DNA from: an uncultured Candidatus Rokubacteria bacterium
Lineage (GTDB): Bacteria; Methylomirabilota; Methylomirabilia; Rokubacteriales; CSP1-6
DNA: 64,000 bases
Assembly: GCA_963771355.1 (NCBI GenBank)
Contig: CAVYTA010000006.1
Location: forward strand, 672,001 to 736,000
Reading direction: 5' to 3'
The notes beneath the pieces are model-generated. The model had not been told where the DNA came from and made no database searches. It saw nothing but the letters and a program-made list of their open reading frames with translations. Position 1 is the stretch's first letter, and each line of letters opens with the position of its first letter. Of the stretch, positions 9,543 through 20,025 are shown one piece after another. The translations under genes and the position numbers were made by a program.

Positions 9543-11010
9543 ATGCGTCGGGGTGCAAAGCCTGCAAAAGCGAAAGGTGAAAGCAAGCGTCCGGTCGCCC
9601 GCAAGTCAGGGAAGGGGGAAGGCTCGAGGGTGGGCGACCTCCAGAAGCGCCTGGCGGAGGCGCTGAAGCGTGAGGCAGAGGCGCTAGAGCAGCAGACGGC
9701 GACGAGCGAGATTCTGCGCGTCATCTCGAGTTCGCCGACGGACGTCCAGCCCGTGTTCGAACGATTCTCGAGCGGCGGCCGCGCTCTGCGAAGCGCAGCC
9801 GAGGACGCCATCTCGGCTCTACGAGGGCAAAGAGCGTTTCGACTCGGCGCGGGTTATAGGTCCGCGACCGGACCAGCTGCAATGGCTCCAGCAAGGGCTG
9901 CCTCGGTTTGGAGGCCGTGTGCTTCCGCGAGGCGGGCCCCTGGCGGAGTTGGCCAGGTTCTGGACGTCCGGGACACCGAGAACTAATCGCCGAGGGGGAA
10001 CCCGTCTATCCGGACCGCGATCACGAAGGGATGCGGACGCTCTCGCGGTGCCGATGGTCCACGATGGGCGTCTCGTTGGCTCGATCGCAGTCTACCGCCG
10101 CGAGACCCAGCCGTTCACCGACCGCCAGACCGCGCTCTCCAGACCTTCGCCGACCAGGCGTTGATCGCCATCGAGAACGTGCGGCTGTTCAAGGAGCTCA
10201 AGGAGGAATCAGGCGCTCGACGAGGCCTTGCAGCGTCAGACCGCGACCGTCGAATCTTGCGTGTGATAAGCCAGGCGCAGACCGACGCTCAGCCGGTGTT
10301 CGAGACGATCGCGGAAAGCGCCATGCGGTGTTCGGGGCGTGGGGGGCGCGGACGGCGCGTCGGGGCTACGGTCTCGCCGGCGGGGGGCCCTCCCGGCCGC
10401 GGCAAGTCCATCTGGAGCGATGGCGGACGCCGTGTCGTCCAGATCCGGACAGCCTCTGGACGGAGCCGGCCATGCTCGGCGAGAGCAGACCAGCATGCGG
10501 AACGGATTCCAGCGGGGCAGCCACAATGGGCCGTGCGCGGTTGCTTGAGGATGGGAGCCATGCTGCGGCGCCTAGGCCTCGTCGGGTATCGGGTGTCGCG
10601 CGAGCCTGCAGTGACGCCCGCGAGGTAGAGCTCATCAAGACCTTCGCGGACCAGGCCGTGATCGCCATGGAGAACGTGCGGCTGTTCAAGGAGCTACAAG
10701 CAAGCAAGCGCGAACTCACCACGGCGCTGGACCATCAGACCGCCACCAGCGACATCCTGGGGGTCATCAGCCGCTCGCTGGCGGATGTGCAGCCCGTCTT
10801 CGAAGCAATCGCCGAGAACGCCGCACGGCTCGTGCAGGCGTGGTCGGTGACCGTGCTCCGCTGGGACGGAGAATTCATCCACCTCGCGGCCGAGCGGGGC
10901 GGCCCGCCAGGCTCGGGGCAACGTCTGCGCGACAAGTCGCCCTGGCTTCCGAACACGACGTCCGGCCCTGGACGGTGCATCGCGACCGGCACCGTCATTC
11001 ACGTGCCCGA
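9543..11010 (+). pseudogene. Multi-GAF sensor protein fragments (deleted/frameshifted, no kinase domain seen)
   Basis: EALEQQTATSEILRVISSSPTDVQPVF, TFADQAVIAMENVRLFKEL and QTATSDILGVISRS repeats typical of GAF sensor kinases. Confidence 0.8.
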
Positions 11011-11015
11011 AGGGG

Positions 11016-11882
11016 CGGCTCGCGCACCTCGACAGCGCCTTCCGAGGGCGACGGCTCGCGAGTCTCGGCCAAGCCGACGTGACCGCTTACGCGCTGCGCC
11101 GGCAAGGGCAGGGGGCCGCTAACGGGACGATCAATCGCGAGCTGGCCGTCTTGATTCGGATGTTGCGCCTCGCGTATGAATCCTCGAAGCTCCTCCGCCT
11201 GCCGACCATGCACAAGCTCAAGGAAGCCGGGCCGCGCCAAGGCTTCTTCGAGCGTGAGCAGTTCGAGGCGGTGCGTCGGCACCTGCGCCCGGATCTCCAG
11301 CTCGCCGCCACGATCTGCTACCAGCTCGGTTGGCGGGTCCGGTCGGAGGTGCTCGCGCTGGAGCGCCGACAGATCGACCTTGAGGCGGGGACGCTTCGGC
11401 TCGAGCCCGGCACCACCAAGAACGACGAGGGGCGCTTCTGCTACGTGACCCCGGAGCTCCGCGCGATGCTGGCCGCCCAGGTCGAGCGCGTGCGGGCGCT
11501 CGAGCGGAAGACCGGCCGTATCATCGCGGCACTCTTCCCGCACCTTCAGGGCGCGCGCGAGCGGAAGCCGGGGCACCGGGGGCGCGTGATCGGCGAGCCC
11601 ATGCGGAACTTCCGGAAGGCCTGGGCGACCGCCTGCAAGGCCGCCGGGGTCGCGGGGATGCTGCGGCACGACTTCCGGCGCACTGCGGTGCGGAACATGG
11701 TGAACGCCGGGGTCCCGGAGCGCGTGGCGATGAAGGTCACCGGGCACAAGACGCGGGCCGTGTTTGACCGCTACCACATCGTGAGCCCAGGGGACCTGCA
11801 GGACGTGGCGCGCCGGATGGCGGGCACAATTCCGGGCACAGTGACCCCCCTCGGGGTTGACGGCCGGTCGGTAAGTGTGTAG
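11016..11882 (+). pseudogene. Tyrosine integrase lacking its N-terminus
   Basis: GWR.RSEV, TTKND, HDFRRTAVRNM, TGHKT and FDRY catalytic motifs; homology to the 25114 integrase starts abruptly at RLAHLD (11016). Confidence 0.9.
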
Positions 11883-11885
11883 GTT
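11857..11885 (+). promoter_or_regulatory. Sigma70-like promoter in integrase 3' end, pointing at tRNA 5' fragment
   Basis: TTGACG-N17-TAGGTT ending 9 nt before the tRNA-like sequence at 11895. Confidence 0.55.
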
Positions 11886-11893
11886 TTCAGGCA

Positions 11894-11935
11894 CGGACGA
11901 TTAGCTCAGTTGGCAGAGCACCGGCCTCACATGCC
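11894..11935 (+). repeat. att site: 42-bp direct repeat covering the 5' half of tRNA-Val
   Basis: CGGACGATTAGCTCAGTTGGCAGAGCACCGGCCTCACATGCC is identical to 26225-26266. Confidence 0.95.
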
Positions 11936-11951
11936 CACCGGGCACACAACG

Positions 11952-11990
11952 CCCCTCGCGGAATCGCAAGGTTCCCGAGGGGTTTTCTCT
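11952..11990 (+). terminator. Intrinsic terminator after the tRNA 5' fragment
   Basis: CCCCTCGCGGAATC-GCAA-GGTTCCCGAGGGG hairpin followed by TTTTCTCT. Confidence 0.65.
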
Positions 11991-12179
11991 ATCGCCTCCG
12001 GTGCTCGGGGGGCGGTGGGAGGGCAGTTTCCGCCGACGATGGGGACAGCAGGGGACAGTGATTCGCGAATAGGATTACCCTCGCGGGCTAGCCGCCGCGT
12101 CATGAACGGCGGTGAACGGGCGGACCTCGCCGCCCTGCCCGCGATTCCACCTCGAGGCGCTCTATCGAGGGATGAGCAT

Positions 12180-12791
12180 ATGCCAGATTCCCGGCGCCTG
12201 CCGCGGCTGTCGGATCTCACTGCCTCCTCCGGGGATCTCATCGCGCAGCTCGAAATGGAGGCGGACCTCCCTGGCTCAACCTGGAAGCGCCTCTACCTCG
12301 TGGCGCTAAAGCGCATGGCGACCATGAAGGCATCGCGTCAGCTCGGCCATTTGTGTGCGGCAGAGACCTACAGCCTCGCGTTTCATCGGGGCGCCGAGCC
12401 CGAGCACCAGCGCTGGTGCAACGAGCGACTCACGGCTATTGAGGCGCGCACGATCCGCCCGCAGACGCTCAAGACCCAAACGGGAGTCGCGGACCCCGAG
12501 TATCTGTTCCTGTGTTTCCAGCACGTGAGAAACCTTCTCGAGCAGGGCGCCGACACACCGGCTCTTCAGCGCGCCTGGAAGCGCTGCGGTGGTGGAGGCA
12601 AGGTTCGGGACGGTTTCGTGGAGATCGTACGCCAGGAACAGCCGATTCCCGGGGCCCTCACGTTTATTGCCAAGGTGTTCGGCTATCGGGATGAGGAAAC
12701 CGTGAGTGTCATCCTTCGCCACGCAGGGTTCGCGCTCGACCAACACCATATGTCAATGGAATCCCCACCAAAATCTCCCGCAGAGTCGTAA
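12180..12791 (+). CDS. Hypothetical protein, first gene of element
   Basis: Uninterrupted ~200-aa ORF with lower-GC codon use; no family recognised. Confidence 0.55.
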   Translation: MPDSRRLPRLSDLTASSGDLIAQLEMEADLPGSTWKRLYLVALKRMATMKASRQLGHLCAAETYSLAFHRGAEPEHQRWCNERLTAIEARTIRPQTLKTQTGVADPEYLFLCFQHVRNLLEQGADTPALQRAWKRCGGGGKVRDGFVEIVRQEQPIPGALTFIAKVFGYRDEETVSVILRHAGFALDQHHMSMESPPKSPAES

Positions 12792-12910
12792 CCCCGCGAG
12801 TCCACACGCGAACCGCCAGAGTGCTGCGCGGCGCGCGTGATTCCTGACAGCGCTCCGACCGTAGTTCATTCTGGGAGCGCGATGAGACTCGAACCTCCAG
12901 CGGCCTCCGG

Positions 12911-13090
12911 TTGTTGACGTTTATCGACGTCGCCCGTGCTCTCGGCTGCCACCGGCGCACGGTCAAGCGCCTGGTTGAGGACGGACTACTCCCCGCGGTC
13001 CGCCTGCATCAGACCTTGCGTGTCGCGGAGCGTGACCTGATCGAGTTCCTTGACCGGCGTCAGAGACCGGCGCCAGAAGACGCAGCGTAG
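12911..13090 (+). CDS. Excisionase-like HTH (HTH_17/MerR-type) protein, absent from ORF track
   Basis: Manual translation LLTFIDVARALGCHRRTVKRLVEDGLLPAVRLHQTLRVAERDLIEFL fits the Xis-family pattern; true start may be ATG 12882 with a frameshift. Confidence 0.85.
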   Translation: MLTFIDVARALGCHRRTVKRLVEDGLLPAVRLHQTLRVAERDLIEFLDRRQRPAPEDAA

Positions 13091-13251
13091 TGACCTCTAC
13101 CGGCGGCGGTCGGGTCCGGGACACCGCGGACGGACGCCAAGCTATCGCGGAGCAGATCGCCCGCCTTCGAGAGTGGTGCCAGGAAACGGAGACGCCGTGG
13201 CGGCCGCCCACCTCCGAGCCGGAGCCGGCGCTCGAGGCCGATCGGGCGTGA
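13090..13251 (+). CDS. 53-aa hypothetical protein
   Basis: Translationally coupled on both sides (TAGTG and GTGA overlaps). Confidence 0.45.
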   Translation: MTSTGGGRVRDTADGRQAIAEQIARLREWCQETETPWRPPTSEPEPALEADRA

Positions 13252-15098
13252 GCGACTTCGATCCGCTCGCGGTCGGGGAAGCCGCCGGGCTGCTCGCGCG
13301 GCACGGCAGCGTCATCGAGGTGCGGCTCCTCAACACCGCGAAGGGCACTGTCAGCGGCTACTTCGGCGCCCTCGAGCCGCTGGTGGCCGCGCTCCAGCCC
13401 TGGGACGGCCAGGCGTCAGTCTACGTAGTGATGAACGAGCCCGACGGGCGGCTGCTGGCGCGGAGCCGGAATCGGCTGACCGTGCACGCCAAGGCCACCA
13501 CCACCGACGCCGACATCGTGCGGCGGGTGTGGTTCCTCGTGGACATCGACTCGGTGCGCCCGAAGGGCATCGCGGCGACCGACGAAGAGGTGGCGGCCGC
13601 GCTGGCATGCCGGGATGATGTCGTGGCGTGGCTCTGCGAGCAGGGGTGGCCCGATCCCGTCCTCGTGATGTCCGGCAACGGGGGCCACGCGCTCTACGCG
13701 ATTGACGAGCCCAACGACGAGGCCACGACCCGACTGCTCGAGCGGGGACTCAAGGCGTTGGCTGCGCGCTTCAGCAACCGCACGGTGACGGTGGATACCT
13801 CCGTCTTCAACGCCGCGCGCCTCGTGAAGTTGCCGGGGACGGTGGCCGTCAAGGGCGACGCGACGCCGGAGCGCCCCCACCGGCGGGCGCGATTGGAGAA
13901 GGTCCCGCATCCGTGTGGCGTGGTCACGCGCGAGCAGCTGACCAGGCTGGCGGCCCAGGCCCCGGCCGTGCTCGCGCCCTCGCCGGCCCTCGCCGCGGAC
14001 GAGCTGGACGTGGCCGAAGAGTTCAAGCGGCGCGGCTGGTACCGGAAGGCCCTGACCGGAGGCAAGCACGCGGTGACATGCCCGTGGGACTCCGACCACT
14101 CGGGCGCGTCAGGGCTGACGGAGGCCGTGCTCTTCGATCCCCGACCACCCAGCAGCGCGTGGGGCTTCAAGTGCCAGCACATGCACTGCGTCGGCCGGAC
14201 CATTCGGGACGTGTATGCGCTGCTGCGGGGCCAGACGCCCCGCGGAGCCGTCACGGTGGTGTCGCGCGCGCTCAAGGACATTCTCCACGAGGTGCGCGCT
14301 GACCTGAAGGCCGGGCCGAAGCACGTCGTCTCCACCCCGTTCGACGCGCTCAACTTCCTCCTGCACGGCGGCTTTCACCCCGGCGAACTGTGCATCCTCG
14401 GCGCGCGGCCCGGCCGGGGGAAAAGTGCCTTTGATCTCCTCTTCGCGGTGCATGCCGCCCAGGCCGGCCACCCGGTCACGGTGGTGTCGCGGGAGATGAG
14501 CGAGCGGGCGCTCGGTCGGCGCCTCTATGCGCAGCAGGGCGGGGTCCATGCCGGGAAGCTTCGCGCGGGCACCCTGGACCGCGCCGACTGGGCGCGCATC
14601 GACACGGCGCACGCCGTCCTGGACCCGCTGCCCATCCACATGACCGACCAGGCCCTCACCATCGAGCAGATCCAGAGTCTGGCGCGGCGGGACGCGACCG
14701 AGCACGGGCTCGGGGTGCTCTGCGTGGACTATCTCCAGCTCGTGGGGGCCGACCGACGGATGCCCGACAAGCGACTAGCCGTGGAGTACGTGAGCCAGTG
14801 CTTGAAAGGGCTGGCCGTCGATCTGAAGTGCGTGGTGCTCGCGCTGTCGAGCCTCAACCGCCCAATGAAGAGCACCAGCTCCCCGCGGCCAGGGCTGCAC
14901 GATCTCCGCGAGTCCGGCGCCCTCGAGCACGACGCCGATGTGGCCATGTTCCTCCACCGCGTGGCGTCCACTCCGCCCGACCCGGCCGCAGGGATCGAGA
15001 TGGAACTGCTCCTCGAGAAGGGGCGGGAGACGGCGACGGGGCTCGTGCCGCTGACCTTCTGGGGCTCGACCTTGACCTTCACCCCGCGGAGTCATTGA
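13248..15098 (+). CDS. Primase (AEP/RepB-like) - Zn-binding - DnaB-like SF4 helicase fusion
   Basis: N-terminal FLVDID, SGNGGH and ARLVKLPGT; CPW..H...CQHMHC; C-terminal GARPGRGKS, VDYLQL, LSSLNR and DLRESGALEHDAD. Confidence 0.9.
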   Translation: MSDFDPLAVGEAAGLLARHGSVIEVRLLNTAKGTVSGYFGALEPLVAALQPWDGQASVYVVMNEPDGRLLARSRNRLTVHAKATTTDADIVRRVWFLVDIDSVRPKGIAATDEEVAAALACRDDVVAWLCEQGWPDPVLVMSGNGGHALYAIDEPNDEATTRLLERGLKALAARFSNRTVTVDTSVFNAARLVKLPGTVAVKGDATPERPHRRARLEKVPHPCGVVTREQLTRLAAQAPAVLAPSPALAADELDVAEEFKRRGWYRKALTGGKHAVTCPWDSDHSGASGLTEAVLFDPRPPSSAWGFKCQHMHCVGRTIRDVYALLRGQTPRGAVTVVSRALKDILHEVRADLKAGPKHVVSTPFDALNFLLHGGFHPGELCILGARPGRGKSAFDLLFAVHAAQAGHPVTVVSREMSERALGRRLYAQQGGVHAGKLRAGTLDRADWARIDTAHAVLDPLPIHMTDQALTIEQIQSLARRDATEHGLGVLCVDYLQLVGADRRMPDKRLAVEYVSQCLKGLAVDLKCVVLALSSLNRPMKSTSSPRPGLHDLRESGALEHDADVAMFLHRVASTPPDPAAGIEMELLLEKGRETATGLVPLTFWGSTLTFTPRSH

Positions 15099-15673
15099 TG
15101 GGCTGGGCTCGCGTGGATGACGGCGCGTACACGCATCCGAAGTTCCTCGGGCTCGACCCCGCGGCGGTCGGGCTGTGGGCGCTGGCGTTGAGCTACTGCA
15201 ATCACCATCTGACCGACGGCTTCGTGCCGCGTACGCAGGTGCCCCGGCTCGTGGCCTGTCCCCCCACGCTGGCGTTCAAGCTCGCTCACGAGTTGCAGAA
15301 GCACGGGCTCTGGGAGGAGCGCGGCAAGGACGGCTTCCAAGTGCACGACTACCTCGACTGGAACCCCTCGGCCACCGAGATCCGGCGCGACCGCGCGCTG
15401 CACCGGGAACGCCAGGCCCGCTATCGCAGCCGGCAGACGGGACGCTTTGGTGACGCATCACGTAGCGCGTCAGCGGAAGCGTCAGGTGATCCGTCAGTGA
15501 CGGCAGCAGTGACGTCCACCCACGCCACGCCACTCCACTACCCCCCTATAGTCCCCCCTCCGTCAGGGGTAGCCACCCCACCCCACCGCGGCGACGACGA
15601 CTCCAGGGTTCCGGCGTGGCTGCCGCCGCCCGGGATCGATTTACCACGACGGCTGCCCCAAGCCCGGGTATGA
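15098..15673 (+). CDS. Phage replication-initiator-like protein
   Basis: WARVDDGAYTHPK...AVGLW...SYC....TDGFVP...GLWE...GFQVHDYLDWN pattern recalled from phage replication modules; TGATG overlap. Confidence 0.7.
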   Translation: MGWARVDDGAYTHPKFLGLDPAAVGLWALALSYCNHHLTDGFVPRTQVPRLVACPPTLAFKLAHELQKHGLWEERGKDGFQVHDYLDWNPSATEIRRDRALHRERQARYRSRQTGRFGDASRSASAEASGDPSVTAAVTSTHATPLHYPPIVPPPSGVATPPHRGDDDSRVPAWLPPPGIDLPRRLPQARV

Positions 15674-15736
15674 GCATCTCTTCCCCACAGATCGCCAAGC
15701 CCGGTGCCCGAAACATCGGATTGAGGGCTCTGAGTG

Positions 15737-16200
15737 ATGGGTGAATCCAGCGCGCCCCTTTCGCCGGTGCAGCCCTCGGTGCAGCACCGGCCAGCACCGT
15801 CCGGGTGCATCGTCGGCCAGGAGCGGGGTCAGCAGTGCTTTCCGGTCGTTCCGGGCTCGCCCTACTGCGACAACCACGACCCCGAGCGGCGCAGAGTCGC
15901 CGCCGGGAGATCACCCGGCTGGCCGCCCGAGCGAGCCACGCCCGCCGCAGAGACCCCGAGCTCGAGGCCTGGGCCAGCACCCTCGACTTCAGCAACGAGG
16001 AGAAGCGTCAGCAGGCGCTCCGTGAGACGGCCATGCACGTGGCGAAGGACAGGCTGACGCCCGCTAAGGGCCATGCCATCGCCGCCCTGGCTCGAGCGGC
16101 CACCAGCAAGCCGGCGAAGACCGCGCCAGCCCCGCGCCTGCTCCATGTCGTCACGGCGGCATCGAGCCCCCGGCCGCCTCGTGAGCGCCCCGCTCCCGCT
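15737..16200 (+). CDS. Hypothetical Cys/His-motif protein (frameshifted); possible small terminase by position
   Basis: C..GQERGQQC...SPYCDNHDP followed by a helical region in another frame. Confidence 0.4.
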
Positions 16201-16380
16201 GGCCGCTGCGCAGGCGCGACTCGGCAAGCCGGGCCGGCCCGCGCAGAAGCGCTCCCGACCGTTCGGGCTCAGACGGGGACAAACATGGGGCCAGTGCGCC
16301 CTGCGTCCGCGACCGAATCCCGCCGCCACGCGGACTTGCGGAGCGGCGAGCACTGGCTGTGACGCCGACGGCTGCGCCCG

Positions 16381-16631
16381 CCGCGGCTCCTCGATCCGGG
16401 CGCTGCCTCGGCCGCCTAGTCATGGGCCTGCTTCTCTCCGACCTGGACCGTGCGCGACCTGATCGCGGCCGGGACATTCCAGCGGGTGACGATGCCGGCG
16501 CCCGTGACGCGAAGCGCCGGGGCGGGGCGATCCGCAAGGTGCTGCTGGACCGCCTGCAGCTCGACGCCGCGGTGACCGCCTGGAAGGGCACCCGCGGACC
16601 GGCCAGGACAGAGAAGCAGGGGCCCCGATGA
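16381..16631 (+). CDS. Second excisionase-like HTH protein (frameshifted, start uncertain)
   Basis: Pieces PRLLDPGAAS / SPTWTVRDLIAAGTFQRVTMP / IRKVLLDRLQLDAAVTAWK. Confidence 0.55.
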
Positions 16632-18141
16632 CCACGACGGTAGAGCAGGTCCATCTCCCGCACGCCCTCCGCTTCTACGACCACCAGCGCGAGGCCATTC
16701 AGGCCTTCCACGAGGGCGCCCGGCGGGCGATCTGGCGGTGGCATCGGCAAGGCGGCAAGGGAGCCGGGCGCGCTCGGCTGGGTCGGCATGGCGGCCTTCG
16801 AGCGGCCGGGCACCTACCTGGTGGCGAGCCCGACGAAGGAGCTGTCCCGTGAGAACTACTGGGACGCCCGCGATCCCGACAGCGGGGAGTCCTATCGGGA
16901 TCTGGTGTTCCCGCGGGAGATCGTGCTCGACACGAACGAGAACGAGCTGAGCATGGAGATGCTCACCGCGAAGCGCGGGGCAGACCTCGCGCATCGTCTT
17001 CCGCAGCGCGGATGATCCCGACCGGCTCCGCGGCCCCGCCTATGCCGGCGTGGTGCTCGACGAGTTTGCGACGATGCCGGGCCGCGAGCCGCTGGACATC
17101 GTGCGCATCCCCCTCGAGCGCGCGGGCGGGTGGCTGCTCATCACGTCCACGCCGAAGGGCCTCAACCACTTCCACGAGGTGTGGAAGAACGCCGAGGGCG
17201 CAGGCGGCTGGTATCTCTCGACCAAGACCATCGAGGACACGCAGCGCCACGACGGCACGCCGATCATCCCGCTGGCCGCGGTGGAGCAGGAGCGCCGCGA
17301 AGGGCAGAGCGAGGAGTGGATCGCGCAGGAATACTACGTCGCCTTCACCGCGGCGCTCATCGGGGCGTACTTCGCCGACGTGCTGACGGCGGCCGAGCGC
17401 GAGGGGCGCATCACCGACCTGGCCCCGCGGCCGACGCTCAAGGTGTGGACCGGCTGGGACCTGGGCATCAGCGACCTGACGGTGGTGGTCTACCTGCAGC
17501 CCCGCCACGATCCAGGCGAGCGGGTGCACGTGATCGGCTGCGATGCCTGGGAAGGCGCGGCGCTGCCGGAGATCATCGCCGGGATGCAGGCGCACGGCTA
17601 CACCTTCGGCACGCACCTGGTGCCGCACGATGCGGCGAATCGGGAGAAGGGGAGCGGCAAGACCTACGTAGACGTGGCCCGCGAGCTCGGGGTGCGGCTC
17701 AAGGTGGTGCCGCGGGCGCCGAATCTGCTCGAGGGCATCGGCGCGGTGCGGGCGCTCTTCCCGCGGCTGGTGTTCGACCGGCGGCGGGCGGCGAAGCTGC
17801 TCGAGGCGCTGGGCGCGTACACGAAGACCTGGGACCCGCGGGGCAAGGTCTTCCGGCCGAGCCCGGCGCACACGTGGGCGTCTCACTATGCCGACGCGCT
17901 GCGCACGTTCGCGGTGGGGTATCGGGATCGGGACGAGTGGGCCGAACCGCGCCGGAGCTACCAAGCCAAGATGGCCGCATCCCCCCTGCACCAGATGACG
18001 CGCCCGGGCTCGTCGCGGCCGACGCGGCGGCGGCATCTCGACCCAGTGGAGGCCGACGAGTTCGAGGGAGGGACCAACATGGCGACGATTCCGAGCATCG
18101 ATGGCCGCGCAGCCGCTACGCAAGATGGGCGAGCGGCGTGA
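16628..18141 (+). CDS. Phage terminase large subunit (frameshifted)
   Basis: HQ...WHRQGGK Walker A, DDPDRLRG..YAGVVLDEFA Walker B, ITSTPKGLNHF, QEYY..F, WDLGISD nuclease and SHYADALR motifs. Confidence 0.9.
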
Positions 18142-18236
18142 GGAGACCCGTCGCCCGTCAAGGTGAGCGCGGAGGAGACGCCCCACGGGTCGTTGATCGG
18201 GATCGAGTGCGCACCGGAACCTAACGAGGAGACATC

Positions 18237-19230
18237 ATGCCCTACTTCAACGAACAAACCGGCGAGCCGACCGATGGGCCCGAATGGGACAGGCGTGACC
18301 GAGCCCGCCCCCTTCGACGGCGCACCGGAGCCGCCGGCGCAGACACAGCCCACGGATGCAGGGCCGACGATCACCAGCGACCGCATGATCAGGAGACGGT
18401 GGCGATCGCGTCGCTCACGCCGGAGGCGGCGCTGACCGAATACGACCGGATGACGGTCGCGTGGAGAAGAACCGCACTCGGCGACGACCGGACGCCGCGG
18501 AGCAGGCGTTCCTCGGCGACGCGACGCGCTATCATGCGCGGGAATGGGTTGCCGCTCGACGACAACCGCGTGCTCGGCGAGGTGTTTGCGGGCGGGCAGA
18601 TTGGGCCCCTCGATGCGGACGCGCTCGTTCAGCGCCGCGCCGCGGTGCCGGACGGCTATGCGTTTGACGAGGCGGCGACTGGTGATCGCGGCGACGGAGG
18701 CACGCACGATGGGCGCGCAGCCGTCCTCATCATGGAAATCACCGCCGCCCTGGCCGAGACCCTGGGAACAGGCCGAGCGGCGCGGCGGGGTGGGGTGGAG
18801 CGATGGGGAGGCGCGAGCGGAGCTGACGCGGCGGCATGGGCGCGACGGCATGGCCCGGCTCGTCGGCAATGCGCAGTACGCGTACCACGTGCTGTTAGAG
18901 AGCGAGCAGCCCCTCCTTGTGCAGCGCGTGCGGGGGGCTCGGGGAGGAATGGGGCGGGGATCCCGGCGTGATTACGCTCTTCGGCACCCTCATCTACGAC
19001 GCGCTGGGCGAGGGGCCGATCACGCCGGCGAAGGAGACAATCCTCCTCCGGCGCGGCGAGCGGCAGCCACGGCCGAGGACGCGGCGCAGGCGGCGGCCGC
19101 GAAACGCCAGCGGGAGGGAGACGGACCGAAGGCGACGAGGTCCCGCGCGGAGATGGTGACGACCACGGCGCAGGCGCATCAGCGGTGGCGGCGGAGGCGA
19201 GCCGTGAGCTCGGCGTCTTTATGACATCAC
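18237..19230 (+). CDS. Hypothetical protein, possibly capsid-scaffold-like (heavily frameshifted)
   Basis: GAGGAG RBS; Pro/acidic N-terminus, VPDGYAFD and EEWGGDPGVITLFG segments reminiscent of podovirus scaffolds. Confidence 0.3.
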
Positions 19231-19325
19231 CACCAACGAGAGGAGTAACGATCATAGCCGACGATCTGAGTGGCCTGAAGCAGATGGTGGACGGCCTGGT
19301 CCGAAACATGCCCGGGTGGAGCGTG

Positions 19326-19989
19326 ATGGCCACCACCAAGACGACGACCGCGGCAGCGAGCCTGAGCGCGCTAGAGAACGCGCTATGCCAGGCGGCCGAG
19401 CGCGAGCGCCAGAGCCCGTGCGGTCTATCTCGAGGTGCTGGACGCGCGCGTCGCCAGGGACTGCGGCGCTCACCGGCGCGGCCGGCATCCGCGCGGTGCT
19501 CGCGGGCGAGCGGCGCGGCATCGCGGACATCGAGGCGACGGTGCGGGCCGCGATCATGGCCGGTGCTCGAGCAAGTACCCGAAGCCGAAGGCGACGACGC
19601 CGCGGATCCATCGCCGCCGAGGTGGACGCGCTCCGGCAAGACGGCGCTGGGCGCACTCAACACGCTCGACACGAACCCCGCGCGCTGGACCAGCCTGGAT
19701 TCAGAAAATCACGAGCCTCGCCCGACGGCGCGGGCAGCACCGGTATCTGCGCCGAGGCGGCATTGGGCTACGCCCTCCGGCCGCTGCTTGGGCGGGGCGC
19801 GCGCGCTGGCCGCGGACCCCCAAGGCGTTGACCGAGCAGGCGCGCTTCATTGACGCCCTCGTGGCCGACGACGCGGCGCCGGGGCGGCCCGTGGCGGTGG
19901 CGCGGGGGAGCGGGCCGCTGCCCGCGGCGACGCTGGAGGCGACCCAAGGCGCGCGGCGCATACCGCGCCGAGACGACGGTGCGCCATGA
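19326..19989 (+). CDS. Hypothetical element protein, homolog of 8271-8887 (frameshifted)
   Basis: KTALGALNTLDTNP, WIQKITSL, RPLLGR and ALTEQARFIDALV segments align with the upstream copy. Confidence 0.65.
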
Positions 19990-20025
19990 GGACTAGGCAC
20001 ACGGCCCGCAGCCGGAGGAGCACGT

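Larger units (their letters stand above)
6000..11893. mobile_element. Decayed tandem copies of the tRNA-Val-integrating element family (left boundary approximate)
   Basis: Contains homologs of modules in 11894-26266 (Zn-finger ORF, 90-aa ORF plus palindrome, 200-aa ORF, integrase C-terminus) and ends right before the tRNA 5' fragment. Confidence 0.75.

Noticed and set aside
11895..11970. Second intact tRNA-Val gene
   Set aside because: Identity stops after the anticodon loop; no T arm, 3' acceptor strand or CCA, so it is an att fragment
11910..12179. N-terminal extension of the 293-aa ORF starting at 11910
   Set aside because: Runs through the tRNA fragment and terminator; ATG 12180 is the more plausible start
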